Made by a program: the position numbers and the translations under genes. DNA of 64,000 nt, from contig CM060733.1 in assembly GCA_030704615.1 (NCBI GenBank), positions 60,078,001-60,142,000 on the forward strand, given 5' to 3'. Below the pieces are notes generated by a model. It was not told where the DNA came from, did no database searches, and saw only the letters and a program-made list of their open reading frames with translations. Source of the DNA: Takakia lepidozioides (Eukaryota; Plantae; Bryophyta). Shown here in pieces: positions 54,084 through 64,000 of this stretch (within the stretch, counting starts at the first letter, position 1; the number at the start of each line of letters is the position of its first letter).

Positions 54084-54593
54084 TTGGTGCGATGCCACAG
54101 TCGGTTGGTAATAGTTCTTTTGATGTTGGCGATAGACACCTCATCGACAGAGACTTATGTTGTAGATCATGAGCTTGTAGCTAATCATGATGTAGTGTCT
54201 AACACTTGCATGTTGGGGTCTACTAATGTAACAGCGCAGAGTTCCGTTGTTGTTGCACCTATTGAAACCTCTCAGATGGTGATTCATGAGCCCCATGCTA
54301 TTGTTCATGTTTCATCATCAAATGTGATTCCTAATGGTTTCATTCCCTATGAGGAGGAGGAGTCCAATCGTTTGCTGAATTCCAGGGACAATCCTAGCAA
54401 AAAGAACGAGTCGTGGTGTCGCAACAAGTTCAACGATTGGCGGAGTCATTGCAACATGGATATTAGCACAAAGATTGAGGATATACCTCTTAAGGAGCTT
54501 AGCTGTCTCTTATGCAGATTCTTTCTTCAAGTGTGCAAAAAGAATGGTGAAAGATATCTTATTGCATCACTCATGAATATCTATGACACCTGA
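54084..54593 (+). mobile_element. Crypton/DUF3504 (ZMYM-QRICH1-KCTD1-like) tyrosine-recombinase N-terminal fragment
   Basis: WCRNKFNDWR...LKELSCLLCRFFLQVCKKNGERYLIASLMNIY fits the W..F..W / L...L..F....K..G..Y...SL pattern I recall; truncated by a downstream insertion. Confidence 0.55.
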
Positions 54594-54934
54594 AGAGGTT
54601 GCTTGACTTTACAGAGACATGTGATCTGAGGAAGCACATCCATGTCCCACGGAGGACAGTTGCGATGGAGATTCAGAGTCCAGTGATGAGGAGTTGGTTG
54701 ATGTGGATGTGTACTAGTACCTAGAATGAGGTATGACTTTCCCCCCCAACTGCCTTCCTCTATCTCAAGTATATGAAGGGTGGTATTGGGCAAAATTGAA
54801 TATGTAATCCCGGTTGATTCATGAATAATGTGGGATTCATAAGACTGGCACTAAGGGTTGCCCTTGGGGGTGTCCTTTTTGCAGGGTGTTGGAGGTGTCC
54901 AACTTACATGGCGTGTCTGTCTGGCAACGTGTCA
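54584..54934. mobile_element. Probable solo LTR
   Basis: TGACAC...GTGTCA inverted termini, internal TATA-like and AATAA signals; no canonical external TSD. Confidence 0.45.
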
Positions 54935-55270
54935 TGACATTTATGTCACTATAGACTTTGGAACGGCATGCAAATTTACACATCAGTTCTGCCTTTGGGT
55001 ACATTGTTGACAAAGTGCATGTGCCTTCCAGTTTACATTACATAATTGCCCCAGTGATTTTGTGGGTCTTATATTGGGCAGGCTCGTGTTTATGGACCAT
55101 TGAATACCAATGGAGTGCTTTTAAGCTTGGTCCCTACTTATCATATTTTCATTTTTCCCTAAAAGAATCTGGCAATCCGCATAGATGATGCTCTGGCTGG
55201 TTGAGTGGGTTATTTGCGTAGATGCATTTTATGGTCAGTTTCTCTTATGCCCCAGCTAACACCATGTGAC

Positions 55271-57340
55271 TCACTTGTATAGTCCCCCATCTATGCTAAA
55301 GTTCGCGGGTGCATTGGTGAGCCCAAAAGGCATCACCAAAAACTCGTATGAACCATACCTTGTCCTGCACGCGGTCTTCTCCTCATCTCCTTCCGCCACT
55401 CGAATTTGATGATAGCCGGAGCGCAGATCGATCCGGCTGAAATACTTCGCTCCTGCCAACCGATCGAAAAGGTCGTCGATCCTTGGCAAAGGGTACCGGT
55501 TTTTGATAGTCACCTTATTCAGAGCCCTGTAGTCGACACACATCCGCAGCGTCCCATCCTTTTTATCTGCAAATAGCACCGGGGCTCCGTAAGGTGACTT
55601 ACTCGGCCGGATGTACCCCTTTGACATTAGATCTTTGAGCTGAGTCTTCAGCTCGACCAACTCTATGTGGCTCAACCGGTAGGGCGCTTTGGCAGGCGGT
55701 TCCGATCCCGGTATCACCTCAATCTTGTGGTCAACTCCTCTTCGCGGTGGCAAGCCGCTTGGCAAATCCTCCGGCATCACATCATGGTATTTCTCCAAAA
55801 TCCCCTTGATCCAATCTGGGCTCGGCTCTCCATCGCCTTCTCCCTTCACTTCTCTAATGTAGAGCAAAAACTGGGGCTCGTGTGCCTCCTCCACGGCCCA
55901 CTCCCTTGCTGATAGAAGGTTTATTCGGCCTCCCACGGGTTTGGGCGTTTCCGAAACTCGTAAGACCTCGCCACCATTCCAACATGGCAGCGTGACTACC
56001 CTCTTGTGGCCATCTATGACCGCTCCGGATTTGCTCAAAAAGGTCATCCCCAAAATGAGATCCACTCCATCGATCTTGCAGACGGTGAAGTTATCACGTC
56101 CCTCCCAACTCCCCAGTTGAAGAGGAACATCGAACGCCAACCTCGTCGCCAATTGCGGTTCTCCTTTGGCAGAACACACCTCAATAGAGGCCCCTACGTC
56201 AGTTGTCGGGAGTCCCAGCTTTTGTGTCGTTGCCGGTGTCATGAAGGAGTGCGACGCTCCTGTGTCCACCAACAATGACACGTTAGTTCCGGATATTATC
56301 CCATCCACGAACAATAAGTGACTCCCTTTACGCAATGCGCCAGTTTCCTGATACAACTCACAAGAATATTTGCCTACCTTGCAAGTCCTGGCGACCACCG
56401 CTTCCACCAAGCGACTGATGGTATCTTCCGACAGTTCTGTGGTCGCCCGAGTCATGTTCAATTGTCGGGGCTTCGTGCACTTCTTGGCCATGTGCCCGGG
56501 CTCCCCACAATTGAAACACACTCCATCAAAGGTTGCCTTCTGTCCGCCATAGGCCGCTCCACCCGCTTTTCCTTTTGAAGCACCGGGTGCCGCCTTGACT
56601 TGTGATGGTCCTCCCTTCGATTTCCACATGCTGTTGTCGCCGCGTAGCCTATCCCACTTCTTTTCCGGTCGGAAGGAGTCACCTTCCTGCCGGGTCTTCT
56701 TGTGGTTCAACTCCGTACGGCCTTGTCTTTCACCCCTAGGGACATCTGAGAAACATTCAGCCCTCTCAATTGCCTCGTTCAAAGTTTTAGGTGGCTTCTC
56801 CTCCAACTTCCGCCTGGCCCATGGGGCCAACCCCGCCACAAAGTTGAAGACCATTTCTGGTTCCGCCATATCCGCGACTTTGAGCAACAGCACATTGAAA
56901 GCCTGGACATATCCCCGAATGTCATCTGTTTGCTTCAAATTCCTCATCTTGTCCCGGGCAAGCCAGGACGCATTGAGGGGCACAAACTGTCTCTTCATAA
57001 ATTCCTTGAACCCATTCCAGTTCAAGGTTTCCGGACTTGGACCTCGGTCGTGAAGGCGTTTCTGCCACCATTGTTGAGCATAGCCCCTCAAATAGGTGGG
57101 AGCCACTTCCACCCGATCCTCGTCACTCAACTTGGCCGCCCGGAAGTACTGCTCTAGCTCCAGGAGCCAGGTGTTGAGTGCCTTCCGATTTCGAACGCCC
57201 TCGAAGGTGCCGGGTTCCTTAGGCTTCACCTTAAACTTTGCCTTAGTGGAAGTGGCATTAGCCGCCTTCAACACGTCTTTAAACGTCCCGCCAAACTGCG
57301 CCAACAACCCTTCCCAAAAGGCTGCCACCAGGATCATCAT
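55271..57340 (-). CDS. Ty3/gypsy gag-pol, truncated early in the RT domain
   Basis: Retrotrans_gag region, [18 protein letters not shown], protease [47 protein letters not shown], then abrupt loss of homology. Confidence 0.93.
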   Translation of the reverse strand: MMILVAAFWEGLLAQFGGTFKDVLKAANATSTKAKFKVKPKEPGTFEGVRNRKALNTWLLELEQYFRAAKLSDEDRVEVAPTYLRGYAQQWWQKRLHDRGPSPETLNWNGFKEFMKRQFVPLNASWLARDKMRNLKQTDDIRGYVQAFNVLLLKVADMAEPEMVFNFVAGLAPWARRKLEEKPPKTLNEAIERAECFSDVPRGERQGRTELNHKKTRQEGDSFRPEKKWDRLRGDNSMWKSKGGPSQVKAAPGASKGKAGGAAYGGQKATFDGVCFNCGEPGHMAKKCTKPRQLNMTRATTELSEDTISRLVEAVVARTCKVGKYSCELYQETGALRKGSHLLFVDGIISGTNVSLLVDTGASHSFMTPATTQKLGLPTTDVGASIEVCSAKGEPQLATRLAFDVPLQLGSWEGRDNFTVCKIDGVDLILGMTFLSKSGAVIDGHKRVVTLPCWNGGEVLRVSETPKPVGGRINLLSAREWAVEEAHEPQFLLYIREVKGEGDGEPSPDWIKGILEKYHDVMPEDLPSGLPPRRGVDHKIEVIPGSEPPAKAPYRLSHIELVELKTQLKDLMSKGYIRPSKSPYGAPVLFADKKDGTLRMCVDYRALNKVTIKNRYPLPRIDDLFDRLAGAKYFSRIDLRSGYHQIRVAEGDEEKTACRTRYGSYEFLVMPFGLTNAPANFSIDGGLYK

Positions 57341-57424
57341 CTTTTGGGCCGTTTCGCTTTCGCTTCGGCTTGCCCGACCCCATTATGAGGCCAATCCCAA
57401 GGACGATCGCGTACTGAACTCTAA

Positions 57425-58163
57425 GCTCTGATACCAAGTGTCGCGCACCTCCTTTCGGTAAGCTCCCCTTCACGTCATAGTTACTCGCTTTGATGCGCGC
57501 GCCTGACTCCCAACCTGGCCGCCGGGCCAACTTGGAGCTTCGGCTGCTCACCGGGACATAACGGTCCCCCTTCGCTTCCCACTAAACCCTCCACCTATTT
57601 GGGACTAGTGGAATTCCCTTTGGTAGATGGCAGTCCGGAACAGCTCCCCACTCTTTGGTCGCTTTCCGGCTCGCTCGCTTACTCACTAGTTTTTGGTCAC
57701 CAACGGGCTTGCACCGTTCTCGGGGTTACTACTCCCTATATATACTTCTGTAGCTATCCGCGGGGGTTTCATAACCAGCCATGCCATTTTATGGCGAGCC
57801 ACCACGAAAACCCTCGACTCTCGGTGATGAGTCGCGGTGAGTCTTGGCCCACTCACCACGGCCCCTATGGACCATGATGAGTCCCAAGACTCCCCACAAC
57901 TCCCACCACGAGGTCTCCGCCCCCATGGTGAGTCCTATGCCACCCCCACTAAGTCCCGCTAAGCTACCACCACCCCTTGTGGAGCCACCCCCACCGCAAC
58001 CCGGTGTGCGGGGCTCCACCTAGTGAGCGCCTCCGCCTCCTTCAGTGCCTTGGGCACTCAAGGGTGCTTCAGCCCCCCATACCTATCGCTGCCGATGCCC
58101 CCACCACAGGGGCAGCCCCTCATGTGTCCCGACCCCCTGCCCTCAAGGCAAAGGGCCGCGACA
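57425..58163 (-). mobile_element. 5' LTR (57439-58163) and tRNA-iMet primer-binding site of the gypsy element
   Basis: LTR termini TGTCGCG...CGCGACA; PBS TGGTATCAGAGC at 57436-57425, 2 nt from the LTR end. Confidence 0.85.
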
Positions 58164-59274
58164 TGCACGGTGTGGTGGTTGGGCGGACTGGACATAGCAT
58201 TCCAGTACTGTGCATAAGCAGGATAATATGAAATGTATGCAAAGGTTGACATGAGAGATTTATGAAAGAAATACCAGAATAGGATCGACGATCTGTGTTT
58301 GTAAATATGCAAGTTGGAATAAGAAACTGGTCTGGCTGAAAGCAAACCGTGGACATGTACTGCAAAAGAGAGAAGGAATATAGCATTTGGTATCAGATCG
58401 ATTCGAGCCTGTTGGACCTGAGGTACATGAGTCAGTTGACTTACGGGAGCGGCAGTTCTCGATTGAGGAGTTTGAGCGTGGAGATGGTCGCAACGGAACA
58501 TCTCAATTTAGAAGCGGTGACTGGATCTTGACTTGCAGATCAGATTGTGGAAGGGCCGATGGCAGATCCAGGTAAAGCCGTTGGTGATCCTCCTGCTAGC
58601 AGTGAAGCAAATTTTATGACACCTTTGATGGTGCAAGTGGCCATAAAAGAAGGCATACAAGCTGCCATGAAGGAATTGGCAGGAGCATGAATTAAAATGT
58701 CTGGAGCATAGTTAGCACATCAGTCAGTACAATCTAGTGCCGTTCTAGATGAGGGTTGCCAAAGACATATGAATGTTGGCCAATCCATCGATGCACAGAG
58801 AGACCCTGCGACGAGGACTAGAAATTTTAGGAGTTCTCGGAGAGTGGACAGAGAAATTAGGAGGATGATGAGGTTGCCAGAATTCCACGGTCGTTCAGTT
58901 ACACCCTGTACAGAGGTCCTTTCAATCCTAGAAACGCTTGAAGAATTTTTCAGCGAGGATTACACTGATGTTGATAAGATTTGGACAACATCTTTATAGA
59001 TGAGAGGTAAGACAAGGAATGGTGGATTAGAATGAAGGGAAACCCAGATATGGTTGTCAATACTTGGGTGCACTTTTGGCGATTGTTCACTGAACAATAT
59101 ATTCCAGAAGATCATGCTCATAAGATGAAATTGGGGTTTAATATGGAACTTGATCAAGGGAGGACGGGCGTTGCAGATTACAAAATCAAGTTTGATGAGC
59201 ATGCCTCTTATTTCTCATCCCTGAAGAAAGAAGATAAGATTGACTTCTTCTTGAAGGGATTGGACAAGTCTTGA
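58164..59274 (+). mobile_element. Older degenerate LTR retrotransposon (partial LTR, PBS, gag remnants)
   Basis: ...CA-TT-TGGTATCAGA PBS at 58388; gag-like LPEFHG and WVHFWRLFTEQYIP...VADYKIKFDEHASY...KIDFFLKGL with stops. Confidence 0.7.
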
Positions 59275-59583
59275 CTGCGCTCTCAGATCTCATCAAGCCA
59301 CGAAGGCAGACATTGGTGGTCCTTGTCTTCGACCACGGGTGTCCATCGTTTCGGCGGTCCATCCCTTCAAGTGCGCCAGCGTGGCCTTGGAGTCTCACCG
59401 ACAAAGGCAAGGACGCTAAACCGTGAGCGGTGAGCGGTGAGCTGGAAATCGTGAGCCCATAATATAAATTATATATGATTATGAGCATGGATGGGTCTTC
59501 AAAACATTAAGAAATGGGACGTATTTCCGCGGATTACTGCATAACGACCCGATATCCGAGGAAGCCAAAAAATGACAATATAA

Positions 59584-60480
59584 GGGTTACTCTCCCTGTT
59601 TTGTAAAAACAAAAATTAAATTAATTAAATTAAAAAAACACTATTGTCTGATATGCGCCGGCGCATATGAGGGCCACTCTCCCCTGTTTTGTAAAATTAA
59701 AAATTAATAAATTATTTAAAAAAAACAAAAAACACTGTTGTCTGATATGCACCGGTGCATATGAGGGCCACTGTCCCATGTTTTGTAAAACAAAATTAAA
59801 AAAATTAAAAACAAAAATAAAAATATGTTTTTTGAAAAAACAAAATACTGTTGTCTGATATGCGCCGGTGCATACGAAATGTGAGGGCAATTATCCCCTG
59901 TTTTGTAAAACAAAAAATTTAAAAATTAATAAAAATTTAAAAATTTAAAAAATTTAAAAAAACATTGTTGTCTGATATGCGCCAGCACATATGAGGGCCA
60001 TTGTCCCGGTTGTGTAAAACAAAAAATCAAAAATAGAATAAAATTATTATTATTATTTTCTTAAACACTATTGTTTGATATGCGCCGGCGAAGGTGCACT
60101 GTCCCCTGTTTTGTAAGACAAAAATTAAAATTAAATAATTAAAATTAAATAATTAAAATTAAAATTAAAAAATTGTTTTAAAAAAAAAACATTGTAGTCT
60201 GATATGCGCCGGCGCATATGAAGGCCGATGTCCCCTAGTTTGTAAAACAAAATTTAAGGAAAAAACAAATATATATATTTTAAAACAGAACACTGTTGTC
60301 TGGTAGGCGCCGGCGCATACGAAATATGAGGGCCACTGTCCCCTGTTTTGTAAAACAAAAATTAAAAACAATTAATTTTTTTGAAAATTTTAATTTAAAA
60401 AAAAAAAAAAAAAAACCATTGTTATCTGGTATGCGCCGGCGCATATGAGGGCCAATGTCCCCAATTTTGTAAAACAAAAA
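59584..60480. repeat. Tandem array of 8 full plus 1 partial units: ~58-bp conserved core with an 18-bp palindrome, separated by variable A/T-rich linkers
   Basis: Core CACTGTTGTCTGATATGCGCCGGCGCATATGAGGGCCACTGTCCCCTGTTTTGTAAAAC at about 59639, 59732, 59846, 59963, 60066, 60190, 60291, 60417. Confidence 0.92.
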
Positions 60481-62443
60481 AATAAAAAAAATATTTTTGA
60501 AAACAAATGAAAATTTAAAAATTTAAAAACAAATAAAAAAAACTTTAACAGATGTAATCTGCAATGATTGAAAATGGTTAATCAATCCACGGAAATAGGC
60601 AAATCCCGCGGAAATAGGCCCTGCAAGTTGGTAATTCCATGTTGACATGACATGCCTCTAGGTTCACGGAATAGCAACCCTGCCGGCAAAGACGGCAATT
60701 CATACAGGATGTCGTCATTTACTGCACCGGGAAGAAACTGGACCTTGTGGCATGGAATTTTCTGGAAGTCCACTCAAGATAGGTCAGATCTTAGAACGGG
60801 ATTACCAAGGTCGTCATTCACGGATGAATGTTTGAATTTTTGAAGGATGTCAACGATGGAGATATCAGACGTCACAACTTGGTTTTCACGTTGTGAAATG
60901 GTAGATGGTGCATTCAAATAAAAACCAAGGACAACGCAGTCGTCGTCGCACTTGGATACATAGGAAATTGCACAGCTTGGTCTTAGATTTCAATTCTTCA
61001 CACATAGGCCTCGACATAGGAGACGCACTTGGGTACATGATTGCACTTGGATTTAGATGACATTGGACACTTGGCCCACTGGGCACTTGGGCCAACGGCA
61101 GAGTCTTTAACTATACTATGCATGAGCATTTAAAATAAATCTTCATGTCAAATCTATGTCATTTATTTTAATTTTCCATTTAGTAGTAAAACACTCAACC
61201 TGTGCTCCACCACCTTATTTTATCGATATATGGAGAAATAAAGTAACATTAGAGCCTTAACTTTGTCGTTTCTCGACATTATTTTGTTAATTGAACTTCT
61301 AATAGGTGTAGACAGTAGCAGATCATTAGATGTGCTTACAATCATGGGCTTTCTTTATTATATTATACTTTTGGTATGTCTCATGGCACTACAAGAGGAT
61401 TTTAGTTAGTTTTCTTCCAATATTTCAAGTATGTTTTCGTTATTTTGTCTAAGAATATCAAATTTGTTATATGTAGTAATCTAATTACATTTATCATGTA
61501 GATTATAATATATTATAAAAGCCTACTTGCATATTTGAATCCTATGTCTATCTTACATAGGGGAAAAAAAAAAAAAAAAAAAAAAACTTGCTATTTCATT
61601 AATCTATTTGAAGTTATTTTGACAAAACAACAATCTTAAAATTTGCCATTGTGGACCTATTAAAATGTGCCACCTATTATATAGCCACTTTTCTAACCAT
61701 GCCACCTTGTTATTCTTGCCACATGGGCGTTGGGTAGACACATTCACATGTGGCCCTATATGGCGATTTTTGAAAAAAATAAGAAAGAGTGGTGAGAAAG
61801 AGCCCATATGAGGAGGGGGGGGGAGGCTTGTGTTGTGGGGTTGGGGGCAAGGGCCGGAGGCACTATGGCGATAGGAGCATAATGGAGGCCTTGCTAAGCA
61901 CTCTCGCGATACTGTGGAAAGGGCAAAGGCAAAGAACGTCTTAGGCCTTGGTCAACACTATGGCGATACTGGGAAGGGACAGAGGGTGGGGATGGGAGGA
62001 GGGGCTTGACAGCAGGGAGGTGGTAATTGTTCAGGCGGTTGGCTTTCCATCCTTCCGCACTTCATTTTACTAGCATGTCAGTGCTATGATATTTGTATTT
62101 GTGTGCCATGATCCAAATGGATGTGCAATGTGTAGGAACAACAAGATGTAAAACTATTTTACATATATGTGTTATGAAGACCTCAAAATTACGTCTCCAA
62201 CGGAATTTGTTATACTCCATTCCAACACCGTATGCCTTTACACTGACTTTCCAAAGGATTTGAGGTGAATATAAGGAACAAGGGACGGTGGCCCTGAGAA
62301 TAGTTATTGAAGGGAAAAAAATTAAACCCTTACAAGCCCAAAGAGGGTTGCTAGATCGTGAGCAATGCTCATGTGAGCGGTGGCAGACTTAGGGTTTTTT
62401 GAAGGTACTGTACCTAGTACCGCGGATGGCACCTATAACCGAT

Positions 62444-62678
62444 GGTCATGGAGCTCCAGGTATCCTGCAAGAACGTTACTTTCTTGTTAGCGATCCCTAC
62501 AAATTGAACATATGTACGATATGCCGGCTGCCAGCCAGCATGAATACAACACAGAAAGTCTCGTTTTTCCAAAAATGGCAAGCAAATCGTGCAAATTCAA
62601 ATCCCCTATGCCAACAAATTGCTTTACCATGAACTCTTAAGCATTAGCATCAGTGTGTACCTGGATACTGTGATATGT
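62444..62678 (+). pseudogene. Orphan C-terminal fragment of an RNA polymerase second-largest subunit, NRPD2/NRPE2-like
   Basis: GHGAPGILQERYFLVSDPYKLNICTIC, then after a frameshift KQIVQIQIPYANKLLYHELLSISISVYLDTVIC, resembling RPB2 domain 7 with the DTxxC end I recall for Pol IV/V subunit 2. Confidence 0.65.
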
Positions 62679-63233
62679 GTACAGGTTGTGTTTTGGAGCA
62701 GGACCCTTGATTTCCAGTAAGAAGAAATACTGAACTAGTTGGAGATGATGATGCAGACTCCAGACAATAAAATATAGACAGTTCATGGCAGCTCTCATAT
62801 GTCGAAGTCTGCATCACATGATCACTTCCTCAAGACAAGATAGAACTAAAATTGTTGTAAGGGAAAAGGAACATCCCAAGAACTGTAGTAGTATGGGGCT
62901 ATGCTTGAAGAAATATACACCAAACGTAGTACTGGAAGCTAATTCTTGAGAGCTAGAGAATCTTATAAACCCTGCTAGTATTGTTAAAAACTTGACTCTC
63001 CGAAGTCCAGATATTATGCTCAACATTGCCCATAAAATGTGGAAAGTGCTTAGTTAGGCCACTTTTATTCCCTTACTTTAACAATCTTGCAGGAGTCTAT
63101 CAATGGAAGACTGGTTTGTCTACAAACTATTCAGGAAGGTGCATGTCAATCAGAGAGCACAACTGCCACCAATGAAATCACACATGTCATTTTAAGTGTC
63201 AGGAGTTCTTTACTTTAAAATAAAATAAACATC

Positions 63234-63572
63234 CCCCCTGGTTGGTTGGAAAATGGGTGTGTGGCGCTGCACACCCTTTCTGCCCATTGAAAAATATTTT
63301 CTGCCCATTGAAAAAGGGTGTGTTTCTCAATGGGCAGAAAGGGACGCCGCACACCCTTTTCCCAACCAACCAGGGGGAAAAAAAAACCAAACAAAAAAAC
63401 TTTCTTTTTAAAGCCCATTGAAAAAGGGTGTGAAAAAGGTGTTTTTCAACTGGCAAAAAGGGTGTGTGGTGCCGCACACCCTTTTTCCAACCAACGAAGG
63501 GGAAAAAAAAAAAAAAAAAAAAATGTTTTTTCCCCTTGGTTGGTTGGGAAAATGGTGTGCGGCGCCGCACTG
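63234..63572. repeat. Nested inverted repeats built on a GGGTGTGCGGCGCCGCACACCC-like palindrome (MITE-like)
   Basis: CCCCTGGTTGGTTGGAAAATGGGTGTG (~63234) is the inverse of CACACCCTTTTCCCAACCAACCAGGGGG (~63376); module recurs at ~63458 and ~63530. Confidence 0.7.
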
Positions 63573-63759
63573 GAACCTTCCATATAGAATGCAGTGGATT
63601 GACAGCAAAATAAGGACAAAAAGGGGGAGGAAGATGTAGGTTTCGACTTGGATTTCGCATCGGGCCTATAGCTTAATGATGGTGATTGGTTATAATTGCG
63701 AATGGAAAGAGATATAGACTTGGCAGCAGATCTTTAAAATATTCGATTATAATTTACCT

Positions 63760-64000
63760 GCTGACACCAGATAACCTTTGTCCATATTATCAAACTCTCC
63801 CTTCGAATTTGCATCATCGATGCTTCCATACATGTCCATGAAGGTAGTGTTCCGAATTCCTTCAAGTAGATGCAGTTCTGGCCTGTGATATGATCACCAT
63901 GCTATCCTGCAATCATCGCATTTGAAGACACTAGACGTCGTTCAGCCATACTGTCGCACACTCCCTCTCTGCAAACTCCACCTATCATCTGCAGACTCTC
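63760..64000 (-). pseudogene. Degenerate PLS-PPR fragment running off the window edge
   Basis: DSMAERRLVSSNAMIAG* and NTTFMDMYGSIDDA; GTATGGCTGAACGA is shared with the PPR copy at ~28.5 kb. Confidence 0.6.

Noticed and set aside
55667-57431. Plus-strand ORFs over the gypsy gag-pol (likewise over the kinase, SP1 and SRO)
   Set aside because: Antisense shadows of GC-rich coding sequence with no recognisable motifs
59584-60480. CRISPR-like array (palindromic repeats with variable spacers)
   Set aside because: Spacers are low-complexity A/T tracts related to each other, repeats are degenerate, there are no cas genes, and the context is eukaryotic nuclear DNA
59630-63660. Numerous F/K-rich ORFs in the track
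   Set aside because: Translations of A/T tracts and repeats, not genes

Overview
Eukaryotic nuclear DNA from a land plant. The compact spliceosomal genes, the many PLS/DYW-type PPR relics and the H/Y-retaining SRO suggest a non-seed plant such as a hornwort; this is inference only. Genes with open reading frames: UPL3-type HECT E3 ligase (first exon only), intronless SP1/MUL1-type RING E3, a 3-exon non-RD receptor-like kinase with unrecognised ecto- and C-terminal domains, ferredoxin FdC1, alpha-tubulin and an RCD1/SRO (WWE-PARP-like-RST) gene. An mTERF gene carries several frameshifts. The most striking structure is a 5,634-bp element (23915-29548) with perfect 16-bp TIRs and an exact 8-bp target-site duplication but no transposase. 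It carries a mosaic of PLS-PPR/DYW RNA-editing-factor pieces joined to OSB-type PDF (WWDNR) motifs, plus captured exons and scrambled fragments of other genes, i.e. a Pack-type transposon holding RNA-editing genes. Also present: a second PDF-PPR relic split by a clean inversion, hAT MITEs, tRNA-derived SINEs, an intronic LINE with an inverted 3' part, nested Ty3/gypsy remnants, a Crypton/DUF3504-like fragment, a palindromic tandem array and an orphan NRPD2/E2-like fragment. All coordinates were read by hand and all homologies are from memory; no searches were run.
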